The position numbers and the translations under genes are program-made. Source: Marsupella aquatica (Eukaryota > Plantae > Marchantiophyta). Taken from it: DNA of 64,000 nucleotides. Below, piece by piece: positions 1 through 11,990 of this stretch. Numbering within the stretch: position 1 is the first letter of the stretch; each line of letters begins with the position of its first letter. Below the pieces are notes generated by a model, which saw only the letters and a list, made by a program, of their open reading frames with translations, was not told the origin of the DNA and searched no databases. The stretch spans positions 18,216,754 through 18,280,753 of the forward strand of contig OZ316896.1 of assembly GCA_973895155.1 (NCBI GenBank), read 5' to 3'.

Positions 1-1815
1 TTGTAGAAACAACTTATACATCATAGTGTTCAGTCCTCTCCAAAAAGTGACGCCTTCTATGAGCAAGGTTTGATGCAGCTTGCACTCAGATAACAAATTT
101 GATCAGATCCATATTAGAAAGGATCTCATGTTTCAAGAGGGAGAACCATTTAAATCTTTCATCGTATTAAGATCATGTTCTAACATGTGAAAAGATCGTG
201 AAAAGAGATTCACTGTTTGGACTTGACACGGAGTTTGAAGGACGAGTGTGGTGCAAGTTTATCAGTATTTGAGCATTATCAAGAAATGGTGCCGTATAGT
301 CGATCAATTCATCGTCCTCATCCTCACAGTGTTGGCTTGGAACACCTTTCTAGTCAACTAATCATACCATGACCGTCAGGTTAGTTTGTTTTCGTGCTGT
401 CAAGTAACTCAATTCAAATCTCATCTCTTGGGCAAAGTGGACCGCTTTCTGCATCGCAGTCCTACTTGTAATCATGTCTTTCCTGCAGAGTTACTCCTAC
501 TTCATAGCCTCTTTCCTTTGGAAGCGAACAGCGGAGAGGGGACAGAAGATATCAACAGTCTTGTCGTCAGTAGCAGTCACAAATAGTCTCCTCTTGGTAA
601 GATGCCCAACGTCACCTGCAAGTCACGATGCATTCCAACATCCCTTGACATCTATCTCTTTTAAAATGATGGGTTATTGATGCACATATGGCTTTGTAAC
701 TCTCTCCTGCTTGCTTCCATTATCCTCGTATTGGCGGTGGTGAGGTCTAGCCGTAGCTGACTTTGGTGTCTCTCTGATAGAACAGGCACCATGGAGCACC
801 ATGGAAAGAAACGACCACAGCTAAACCTGAGTTCAAGAGGGCCCATGTGTCAACACATCTTCTTCAGCTGATGAGTACACCAACTAGGGACTGAACAACT
901 GCCTTAAAAAATCAGGGACACAGAAAAGTTACTTTCCCAAACGTCCTTTGACCACGTCACATACCCATAGACACGGAGCTCCCAAAAAGCTAATATGCTT
1001 GGAGAAGCTTCAGAGGTTGATCAGTGTTGTGAACACTGGTCCCACTTTTCCTGTAAAAGCCAGCCATCATTGGATCATGGTATTCGACAGGGTTGAAAGA
1101 CCCTTCCTGACTGTACAAGTAAGTAAGTAAGCTATTCGAGCCCAAAAAAGTATAGAATAGTGCAAAAGAACAAAACGGCCCTAAGTTTAATTGGTTGAAT
1201 GACCTTTTCTGACTTGCAAGTAAACGATGTGGGCCCAAAAGCGGCCGGAGTTCAACAGATCGACCAACTACTTCGTTTCTTGAGGCCTTTAGATCCAAAA
1301 CTCCACGGCACCATCTTCCTCTCTAGCTAATCTACAATGGCAATCTTCCTGAGCAATCTGAACATGGTGTGTGAATACTGCAGCTACGCACACTGTTGTG
1401 TATGGTTCTCGCATATGTTTCAGATTCCATCTAAATCCAAACAACCGGAAACACAGCCCATGAACCCTGGTACGGATCACATCGGAGCATGCAAGGCCTT
1501 AGCTACAGCTCGAATCTTCAGTTAGGATCAAAGTGGTCACTCTTTGGCAGGACGTGTCATTCCTGTCGCCGTTTTCCCAGATTTGAATCAATCCAGTTTC
1601 CCAGACTTGACTTCAATTCGAAGGAGTTCGAAATTCTTGAGCGGGTGACTTCCGATTGACCACCACAGACAATGAGAAGAAGCCCTGGTCGACGGATTCT
1701 TGATGTTGATGTTACAGTATGTTATAGTTCTAGGACTGTACTCACTGTCCTTTTTTCACAATCATGCATGGCTTAGCAGGACATATTGACACAATTTCAT
1801 GATAGCTCAATACCA
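1..1815 (-). mobile_element. Highly degenerate Ty1/Copia-like internal remnant (gag/protease region), truncated by the window start
   Basis: Minus-strand fragments echo Copia motifs: SFHM..KWFS and GSDQICY near 60-200, and CWN..GDVGHL (zinc-knuckle-like) near 600-650. A PBS-like gctcaatacca lies at 1805-1815 (cf. gctctgatacca). Many stops and frameshifts. Confidence 0.35.
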
Positions 1816-1879
1816 TGGACTAGATCATGATACTCAATACCATGCAGATGCATAAAGGATGTGGCTATAGCTCAATATC

Positions 1880-2445
1880 ATGTAGATGCATAAAAGATGT
1901 CATTTGCAGAAAGCATGACTGTTCCACGAAAGATATTCTTTGCGCAAAAGATGTCATTTGCACAAAATATGCTCTTCCACAAAAAACAAGCTTGTGTGAT
2001 GATGTGTTGCAAAACTGAAATCATTGTGCAAAAAATCTTGTTTGCGTGAAACATGTTGTGCAAAAGATCTCATTGTAAAAAGATGGCACAAAGTATGCTC
2101 TTCCACAAAAAATAAACCTGTGTGAATGATGTCTTGCAAAAATGAAATCATTGTGCAAAAGATCTTGTTTGCGTGAAAACATGTTGTGCAAAAGATCTCA
2201 TTGTAAAAAGATGGCACTGCTAACAAGATGTCGTTGTATAAAAGATGCTAACTGAAAGGAATGTTGTTTGCTAAATAGATGTAGTTGTGTTAAAGATATT
2301 ATTGTTGCCAAAAAGTTATTTTGTAAAAGATATTGTTTGTAGAGAAGATGTCATTGCTCAGAGATGATGTTCTGTAAAAGATGATGTTATGATGTTTGTT
2401 AAAAAGATGACGTTGCGCAAAAGATATAGTTTGCAAAATAGATTC
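1880..2445. repeat. Degenerate short-period tandem array (aaagatgtc(g/a)ttg-type units), possibly inside the LTR of the remnant to its left
   Basis: Repeated aaagat..ttg motifs, with a ~120-bp higher-order duplication within about 1960-2215. Confidence 0.6.
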
Positions 2446-3450
2446 TCCACAGTGCTCACCCCTTGTTCCATCCAATCATGCACAGGAGTAATGATTAAAA
2501 CTTGATTTGTTTATTTTTAAATGATTTTCTAAAGTTTTCTATTATTGATTTAAAGGTTATTGTGATAACTTTTTCCAATAGTGCAACCGCATACGGTGGG
2601 TCCTAGCCTCCGCTCTTGCTTATGGAATACGAAGGGGAGCCCTCGCCTTTCCATTTCCTTATGTGCCTCCCAACCCTTTTTTTTGGCTTCCCTCCTTTGA
2701 TTTCCCGTTTCTTCACTTTTGCTCCCCTTTTTCTTTGGCATAGAAAACACTATAATTTGTATTACAACCATGGGGCCTCTAGCTTACTATCATTTTTAAT
2801 AGAACATGAGATTAGGTCACTATTAGGTGAATAGGACATGATTATGCTGAAATCTAATCACATGATTGTGCCCTCTATATAGCTAGAATACAAACCAATA
2901 TGAGGTATTTGAGACAGGCAAAACCAAGAGATGTGATCTAATGTGTTTTTTAGTAGGTGACGGGTACTAAGTCTACACCTGGTCATATTCTCCTTACTGC
3001 TAGAGCACAAATCAAGACCAGATATTTGAGACCAAACCAGGAGGCCCAAAAGAATGCGTGCCCTTGTTACTATCCCCATTAGGGGTCCTGTGCAAAATTC
3101 CACGCACCAGAGTGTGCCACATCACCAAGGTCAACAACAAACATAATATGACAGTTTTGTGAAGAGAAATAATGCCCAAATCATGTTTGTGACAATTTTG
3201 GTGTAAATTTTGGGTTGTGATGTGGTAAAAATTAAGTGCAATTTAATAACAAAGATTAATTTTTTTTAACACTAACCTTTTGATTTTTTGTAAATTCAAA
3301 TAATTCATTTAATAATGTATTTTGTACCAGATAAGCCAATCTTTAATTTGAAAGGGTAGTTAAGTTACTACCCTAAAATTAAGTAACAACCAAGGAGACC
3401 AACCTTGGCCAATACATGTGAGTAGAATTAGTATGTACAGTCATAATATA

Positions 3451-3917
3451 TGTTGAGAAACAATGACATTCACAACGGCAAGCCCATGAACATCCAATGC
3501 ACAAGTAGTCGACACAGAAAGATATGTGGTTCACCTAATGCTGAAACTACGTCCATGGAAACACACGGGATCGAGCTTTACTGCACTCTAGGCCCATCAG
3601 CCATACCGAGTCTCCGCAATTATACAAGATCTTTCTTTCTCTCCACTGGGTCTGTAACAATGAGCTTGAGTTCCTCCTATCCAGATAAACACTAATTGAG
3701 ATATAGTGTGCAACCTAGTTCACCTAACCTAGTATTCCACTATTAAGGTGAACACTAACCCTAGACCTAAGGTCCTCAATTTTCAATTTAATGATCGATA
3801 ATAGCAATAACGTGAAGTGCGTCTGCTTTGCACTCGGCTCTCACTACTACTCCAGTACTTATCGTTATCAACCTTTGTGACTCTAAATACACAAAAGTGA
3901 CATGATTCCCAGCAACA
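3451..3917 (-). mobile_element. Diverged solo LTR or LTR relic related to the LTRs of the Copia at 33928-45117
   Basis: Starts tgttgag and shares caacggcaagcccatgaa, agtcgacaca, gtggttcacct, ataccgagtctcc and gatatagtgtgcaac with the young LTR. The right end is uncertain and no TSD was found. Confidence 0.7.
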
Positions 3918-6900
3918 TTGTCTATGAAAACCCTGTTTTGCTCATTCAATCCATCAAGAGACTAATGGATCAATGGTGACACCTAATGATCTAAATGATG
4001 TCCTCTCCTAAGTATCATTCTTTGGAAGTTGTCAATTTAAGATATTAGGCCTCTGAACCCAAACAGTGATTCGGAGATTTGACCTACAATGAGAAATTAT
4101 CCTAAATTGGAAATCAGTTTCAGTTGTAGCCAACTTGATTCAAATTAAAAGAAGGGGAACAGCTCTAAGGTCTATAAATTCCTACACCTTCAAGTTCCCA
4201 CTCACTGTGACAGTAGTCCACTATGTTTTTTCATGTCTTGTTTCTCTGTCCACTACTTGTCTAGTTTACCATTCAAAGATTGTGAGCAGATTTGCCAAGT
4301 ACATGCCACATAACTTTCTGACCATCAATCCTCTTTCCACTGTAACCGGCTGTAACCCCATCAAGTCAAACCCAGTCCATCTCTACCCTCTTTGTCCCAA
4401 AATTCCACCATAGATTGCCATGATTCTATATTTTGCAATAGCTTCTACTCACTTGTGATCCTCTATAAACCCAACTGTCTCTCCCATCACTGTTCCCACT
4501 TTCTGACCTTCTGGAGTGGAATTATCAACCATTACGATCCTTGGCTGCCATGATCTTTGGTTACCAATGACCATTGTGATCCTTGGCTTCAATTGCCCAT
4601 AAGCATCTTTTACTACCATTGATCAGAGCAATCGTTGGCTACTAAGGACAAAATATGTTGCTACCATAGATCTAACTAAGGATTCTTTCAATTAATCAGT
4701 ATCATGTTTTCAGATTAGAATCTAGCCTTGTACACCCTAAACAAAAGAACTAACTAAAGGTCCATGAACTAATTTATGGTTTGGCAATATTGTAAATATA
4801 GATTTAACATGTCGTGTGCCCTTCACTACTTTTCTCTCTGTAATATTATGTATTATAGATAGGAATGCCCAGTCCAATTTGGATTGTAGAGGTACGCACC
4901 TTAGATCTCCTCTATTTCACTAAAATAATAGAAAAAAATTCCTAACTAAGCCTTTAAACATATTAATGCCTTGTTACAAGTACATTATGGGCAATTATAG
5001 CCACTCAAAACTTGTGCTATTAATAGCCCTATTTTTCTGGGCATTATGGTCCACAGTGCCATGTTAATATATACTTAAATCCTTGCACCAGATCTTTCTG
5101 TCTATAGGTTTCTGTATTTTATGGAAGAGAATGTTCATCATTTTAAGATTTGTCGTCTACTTCTCTCTTGTACGAAAGTAAAATCTGAACTTGCATGAAA
5201 TTGGGGTTTGTCTTCAAGTGTGAAGAAAGGAGAAACACAACAAAATACAATAGGATTGAAAAATCTTCCAAGGCAGGGATAAAAGTTTTTAACTTTTGTT
5301 GCCGGGACATTGTAGCCTAGAACACCCTCAAAACAATGTGTTACTATACACTTAACGCCCTTTATAATTTTTGGTGCTTTATAGAAAGGAATGCATAGTC
5401 CATGCAAGGCATTTATTCCTAGGTCTAAAGGTACCATGTAACCCTGGGTAGTCTAACCATAGTCAATTGTTTGATTAAGGTTAGATATACTAGGACTATA
5501 TAATTCACTAGCAGAACTTAATTAGTGAGCAAAATTTAGGTTCATTGTTATGGAACCAATTGAGAGATGAAAGTCAAAGCCTAAAATGTGAAGACTTGAT
5601 AGGGCTGATAGGTTCAGAGTTTATTAAAACACTCTTGTGTGTTCATGTAGAGGTAAGCTTTGAACAAACTTTGACGACGTGAACACGTAGGCTATCTCCT
5701 GTGGCAATTACTTGTCCCTGGGTCCCACTTATTTTCTTGTGATCCATCACTCTACTTGGGTGGCCTTCACATCTACCTTGGTGGTCCAATCTCTCAGTTA
5801 AATAACAAGTGTCAATTTTCAAAGTCTCACTGGTGGATCCATTCAGGCCACCATAATTAGTCAATGATATTAGTAAACTAAGTTGAAAAAGTGAGAAAAG
5901 GGGACCATCTTGGATTCCCACAACTTCTGGGACAATGGCAGTGTCTGAAGAAGTTGACCGTGGGGGTGTGGGATCTGAGCTATGAACTTTCAAGTTTTGA
6001 GCCAGAAGAGGATTTACTTAGGGCTGTCTCGTATGCAAACCGTCCTAAAAAATGGTCCTTATCTAAATTGCACGATCGAAATTCTTTTGTCCTGCTATGT
6101 GTAAGGTGCACTAATGATTAATTGTCTCAATTTCTTGTTTTTTTGTCATATCTTGACACTGTTGTCTAAATATTTCATTCTGATTTTAAAGGAGGGGACC
6201 TCAAGGGCAGGAAAGTTTCTAGACCTTGCCTTTAGTTCTCCACTTTGTATGCCATAAGCCCAGGTCAATATTTTACTGCCACGTGTGGAGTTGAGGGCCT
6301 AAAAAGCCAAGGACCTCACATATGCAAGATAACTCTTGGCCCTTGGTGCCATATCTTGGGAGGAACCCACGTTCCTACTCTATCCTCCTGGACCTCCCTT
6401 GGTTGTATCATTCTTGGGTAAGTGCCCCCAAAAAGCACATGCATGTTATTTTCATTTTTTAATAGACTCAGGTAGACCCGAGTCATTGTCCTGTCTTGGT
6501 CCTCTTGAGGAAATCACATGGGTGAGGAGTGGGGGTGAGGGTTCTTTATTAATAGTCCCTCTGCACGCGAAACGTTTGTAACCTACTTTGTGTTTACCCT
6601 AGGGACTATCAGTTTACTCAATTAATAAATCATTATTGAAATTTTCAATGTCTAGTAACCTACACACAAACTTGCTTGATCAGACATGACGGCTGGCTCT
6701 CTATTGACAACAAATGGCACCCAATTTAAAAAAGCAGCACAAAAGAGAAGATTTGACATACAACACTTTTTCAAAGTTTTCGAAAGCAAATACCAGGACA
6801 TACAGGCAGCCTGAGTTGACTAATAGGTCCAGTTCTAGAAACGTAAGAAAACTACAAAAAGTGATACCAAAACAAAGATGTAAAACACTGATTGATAATG

Positions 6901-7139
6901 AGATTTTATTTCACACGCTCGTTTTATAATGAAGTCTAGGTAAATGTTATAGGGCATGGAGCTATGATATATGAAGTTTAATAATATTCTAAGTATGTCG
7001 ATGTCAAACGCTCATTTATAATGAGATCTAGACTAGATAATTTTTTTTATGGCATTGGGCTATAATTTTGAGGGAGAAAGTAGCCCGATCGTCCTGACGA
7101 AGTCTCCGTCCGCGTCGTCGATAATTCCTTCGATCATGT

Positions 7140-7672
7140 TCCTTTCCTTTCCTTTCCATCACCTATATATCGAGTACAGCACCGGACTCCTTTTCCATCA
7201 CCTCTGTTGAGGAAGTTTCTGGGTCTCGTGTTGATTCCTTTCCATTACCTATATGTCGAGCACAGCACGAGACTCCTCTTCCATCACGACTGTTTAGTGA
7301 GTTTCTGAGTCTCGTCATGGTGATGGATTGAAAACTCGTGATGATTCCTTTCCATTACATATATATCGAGTACAGCACGGGACTCCTCTTCCATCACCAC
7401 TGTCTGGGGAGTTCCTGGGTCTGGTCATGGTGATGGATTGAAAACTCGTGATGATTCCTTTCCATTACATATATATCGAGTACAGCACGGGACTCCTCTT
7501 CCATCACCACTGTCTGGGGAGTTCCTGGGTCTGGTCATGGTGATGGATTGAAAACTCGTGATATTTCCCTTTCCATTACCTATATATCGAGTACAGCACC
7601 GGACTCCTCTTCGATCACCACTGTTAAGGGAGTTTCTGGGTCTCGTCATGGTGATGGATTGAAAATTTCGTG
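7140..7672. repeat. 110-bp tandem repeat (about 5 units) upstream of the F-box gene
   Basis: The motif gtcatggtgatggattgaaaa recurs with its ATG at 7317, 7427, 7537 and 7648. Confidence 0.92.
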
Positions 7673-8247
7673 AAGATCGCTCTGTTCGCTCATCAGGATC
7701 ATGCGACGAGAGAGTTTCGTGAAGGTAGTTCTCTTTGTTTCATCGGGATCTTGTCATGCTGAAGATTTCGTAAAGATGGTTCTCTTTGTTCATCAGAGTG
7801 AATTTCCTGGATCACTTTCCTGTTCGGTGTCATGCTGTCATGACATTGCCTCGAACGTTGACTTGAAAAGAGTCTAGGATCATGAGATTCGGGCGTTCAT
7901 TGAATGCGTTTTGATGTTGATTAGATTGGATTCCTGGAATCGAAGGGCTCGTTCAGCACTAGTCATTGAAGGGTATGCGCCGATTCCGTCGCTTGGAACA
8001 TCAGAATGAAGGCCTGGAGTTTTCTAAATCACTAGCTCTGATTGCAGATTGAATCTTCCATCAGCAGATTTTCCGGCGGTTTTCTCTTGAGCTCCAAGTA
8101 TCTTGGAATTACGTTACGATCGTAAGCTTCGGTCATCCGATTGGAAGGTTTTGTTTCATTACTGTCATTGCAAACTGCAGTAAGGAGTTATCCGACGAGA
8201 TTGTGCTTACGCGCTGAGCTGCCGGAATTGCGTGAGAAGCTCGATTG

Positions 8248-9465
8248 ATGGAGCCAGTCGAATTGGCAAAGAGAGCAGCAGGGCAGGAAATCGCTGCGGA
8301 AACGTTTGATTGGGGCCAACAGCTGAGTAACGATGTCACGGAGCTCATCTTGGCGCGAGTTCCGCTCAGCAGTCTTGTGCGAGCATGCGCTGTAAGCAAG
8401 CACTGGAATTCGCTGATACATTGTCCAGGGTTTGCCAAGCTCTGCTCCGAAGTTAGAGCCAGCAATCCGTGGTTATTCATATACTGCACAAACTTTCTCG
8501 TTCCTTCAAAGAATCAGGGTTACGCGTTCGATCCAGATGCACACAAATGGTACGCTATCCCGTCTGTCACTCCTCCTCTTCATTCTCGAGCTTCAATGGC
8601 GGGAGGTGTAGGGGGCATCATGTTTGCCACGATGGGAGGCAATCAGTCTCGCTTGTGCTATAATCACAGCCTTTTCGTCAAGACATGGAAGCAGACAACG
8701 GAGATGTCCTTTGCTCGAGATGCGCCGCTCGTTGGATTTCTGGAAGCGGGTCGTCCTGGGAGCAGTGACAAGTGTACGAAGTTGATTGCCGTGGGAGGCG
8801 TCGAAATTGAAGATAACGAGGATGATTTACTGGCCGTCGAGATTTATGACGCCGTATCGAACAAATGGGAGGTGACAAAGAGCCTCCCTGGCGAATTCGG
8901 AAGTAACAACTCCCGACATTGGCTGAGTGGTACCGTATGGACTCGAAAACTGTACGTCTTGGAGATTTATTCTGGATCTGTTTCTTATTTCGATCTTCAA
9001 ACAAAGTGTTGGAGTCCGGTGCGAATCATACGTCCGATGACGCCATCTGGTGTGAAGTACGCTTATCTCGTGACATGCCAAGGAATGCTCATTCTTGCCG
9101 GGGTCTGCCACCCTCCTCATGGAGAAGTGAGTTTCAAGTTGTGGTTGGTCGACGATTCAGTGATGGAGTGTACAGAGATGGGAGCCATGCCGGCAGAGTT
9201 GTTCTCACTCTTTGCTAAAGGCCAGAGCGCCAAAAGTGTCACAGGAATGAAGTGCGTCGCCAGCGGCTCGCTAGTCTATGTCTACAGTGTACAGTCTCCT
9301 GACGGAAACTATCCCATGGTTGTCTGTGACATCTCTCAGGGCTGGAACGCCTGGAAGAAGCTGCCTGCAATGCCCACCATGGGTAGCAGGTTCGATGCTA
9401 TGGTCGGATTCTCCTCCTCCATAACCTTGGATTCTTTCTTTCAGAACGAACAACCAACACAGTAG
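8248..9465 (+). CDS. F-box/kelch-repeat protein (405 aa, no intron in CDS)
   Basis: N-terminal F-box (LSNDVTELILARVPLSSLVRACAVSKHWNSLI) followed by kelch-like blades (LIAVGG..VEIYDAVSNKW; YFDLQTKCW). ATG at 8248. Confidence 0.92.
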   Translation: MEPVELAKRAAGQEIAAETFDWGQQLSNDVTELILARVPLSSLVRACAVSKHWNSLIHCPGFAKLCSEVRASNPWLFIYCTNFLVPSKNQGYAFDPDAHKWYAIPSVTPPLHSRASMAGGVGGIMFATMGGNQSRLCYNHSLFVKTWKQTTEMSFARDAPLVGFLEAGRPGSSDKCTKLIAVGGVEIEDNEDDLLAVEIYDAVSNKWEVTKSLPGEFGSNNSRHWLSGTVWTRKLYVLEIYSGSVSYFDLQTKCWSPVRIIRPMTPSGVKYAYLVTCQGMLILAGVCHPPHGEVSFKLWLVDDSVMECTEMGAMPAELFSLFAKGQSAKSVTGMKCVASGSLVYVYSVQSPDGNYPMVVCDISQGWNAWKKLPAMPTMGSRFDAMVGFSSSITLDSFFQNEQPTQ

Positions 9466-9839
9466 TGTCCGCGTGCGTCCAGATCAGTTTCATGAACTGG
9501 AAACAACTTCTCTCAATTACACAATTTAGACAATCGTAGTTCCAGGTGAGTCGGGTTTCAAGGTCGTGGGAGTGAATCTATGTCCCTCGTGTATCACACA
9601 CTCTTTGATGGTTACATCAATTTGTCGATTAATTTATCGATGCTCCAGGCCGAGGCTCCAAGGTTGCAAAATTCATCCGTGATCTCAAGCGATCGAATTC
9701 AGCAGGAGATCTTTTCAGTACCTATCGGGAGCAATTTAGTGGTCTCCAAGACTCATCACGAACCTGTGAGAATTGTGGCATAAATTCCTTTTTGGGAGAC
9801 ATCCTCAAGTGTGTTTTCCTAGGTGTATGCACAGTAGAT

Positions 9840-11990
9840 TGTCACTACAATTACTTCAATAGATGTAAAGAAACTAAGAGAGCAAACTATGGACAATTGT
9901 CGACTTGTCCCAAAGTGTATCATAGATACGAGGTGCCTTTATGTAGAGTATTTCCTGCATGAAGGAGGAGTAGAATATTGTCTTGCTCTATTAGGGCGTC
10001 TCAACCCTATAGCTTTGCGGGCTCCTTCCGGTCACCCGGATGCCTCAGGTCGCTTCCTGAAAATGAACACCGGGCCCCAAAATCGGGTGCTCAAAAAATG
10101 GAGGTTGAACCTTGACTCGAACCTAATTTAAGTCAGTCCATGACGGACAGAGTCTAAGTCCGGTTTATTAAAAAAACCGGTAAAAAATTTGCGGGAGTGA
10201 ACTCGGTGGGCCGACCACCTGATTCGGACTACCCGGGTCGTCCAAATCAGGTGGTCGGCCCACCGAGTTCGCTCATGCAAATTTCTTACCAGTTTTTTTT
10301 ATGATCCGGACTTACACTCTGTCCGTCATAAACTGACTTAAATTAGGTTTGAGTCAAAGTTCAACCTCCATTTTTGGAGCGCTTGATTTTGGGTCCCGAT
10401 GTTCATTTTCGGGAAGCAACCTGAGGCATGCGGGTGACCGGAAGGAGCCTGCAAAGTTATAGAGTTGAGACGCCGTAATGGATTAAATATCTTCTGTAGG
10501 AACCATAGTTTAAGGTGGAAAATGCAAAAGGCCAATTGTGCAAAGTATCTAGAAGTGCGAAGTCTTTTGAGCTTGCACTGATAACATACTTTTATGTATG
10601 AGTGCAAGATGTATTGGGCTGCAATTATGGCATCCCTTGGCAGCCATAATGTAACTGGATGTTGACCCAGTACCTAATATGAAAAATTTAAGGTCACTTC
10701 TAACTCTATCTGATCTTTCTCAGTCACTGGATTTCTGGGTTGGTGATCATTGCTACAATCACTACAATAGATACAAAGAAACTAAGAGCAAACTATGGAT
10801 AATTGTCATGACTTGTCCCCAAGTGTGTGATTAATACGAGGCGCCCTTACGTAGAGATTTTCTGCATGAAAGAGGCGTAGAATATTGTCTTGCTGTAATC
10901 CATTAAATATGTTCTGTTTCAAAACATACTTTAAGGTGTAACATGCAAAATTGCCTTTTCGGCAAAGTATCTAGAAGTGCGCAGCCTTTTGCGTTATAAC
11001 ATACTTTTTTATAATCCATAAGTGCAAGATCTATTATGGCTGCAATTATGGCATTCCTGGACAGCCATAAAGTACCTGAGTGTTGACCTAGTCACGAAAA
11101 TGACAAAAAAGTCAGGTCTAACATATTCACTCTAACTATATCTGATTTTTCAGGCACTGGATTGGTTGGTTGGTCATCATCACTACAAATCTTACTACTA
11201 TTTGCTAACAGAACCTAGACTTGGGGTCGAGGCTTCACTCTGTCCAGGCTTCTAGAGTGAAGTCTCTAGAATGTAACCCCTATGGCCCAACCAAATTGAT
11301 GTCCATGAAAAAGTTGTGATTTTAATATATCTCATGATGATTTTTGTTATCATTAACTCCTATGGCCCAACAAATTAATGTCCATGGAAAGAAGGATGAG
11401 ATAATATATATCTCAACAACGAGGAGCATGCATGATGATTTTTGTCATCATGAATATTAATATTCAAAGAATGGGCATTGCATGGCCCCACCAAATTAAT
11501 GTCCATGGAAACAAGGATGAGATAATATATATCTCAAAAACGAGGAGCATGCATGAATTTGTCATCAAGAATATATATCAACATTCAAAGAATGGGCATT
11601 CAGGCTAGATGTAAAAAACCTAAGAGCAAACGAGGAATAATTGACTTGTGCTTAAGTGTATGATTGATAAGAGGTGCCTTTACCTAGAGTATTCTCAGTA
11701 TGAAATAGGTGTTAAATGTTGTCTTAGACTAATCCATTAAATCACACCTGCCCATATACAAGCCCCATTTCCTTTCTCTCTCATTAGTGCCCTATGGTGA
11801 ACTGTACTCACCATACCGGATGGAGCCCAAACACATCCATAGTAAAACCGGGAGTAAAACTGAACATGCACACTCACAGCCATAATGTAACTGGGTGTTG
11901 ACCTGGTAACTAGAATGAAAAATCAGATCTAACCTATTCACTCTAAATGTCTTTGATTTTCAGGCACTGGGATTTTTGGTTGGTTATTGG
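9840..11990. repeat. Three diverged copies of a ~400-bp unit (about 9840-10750 interrupted by a MITE, 10750-11190, 11605-11990), plus a small duplication at 11275-11605
   Basis: Shared blocks aagagcaaac, gaggtgcctt, ttgtctt, cagccataa and ttcag(g/t)cactgg. Confidence 0.8.
9994..10475. mobile_element. 482-bp fold-back MITE (near-complete palindrome), possibly Tourist/PIF-Harbinger-like
   Basis: Ends gggcgtctcaac...gttgagacgccg, arms pair to a central cccggg at 10232-10237, flanked by TTA and TAA. The paralogous repeat at about 10885-10910 lacks it. Confidence 0.88.

Noticed and set aside
7140-7672. CRISPR-like array interpretation of the regularly spaced repeats (also 19100-19480 and 57866-58286)
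   Set aside because: Whole units repeat with no unique spacers, there are no cas genes, and the context is eukaryotic.
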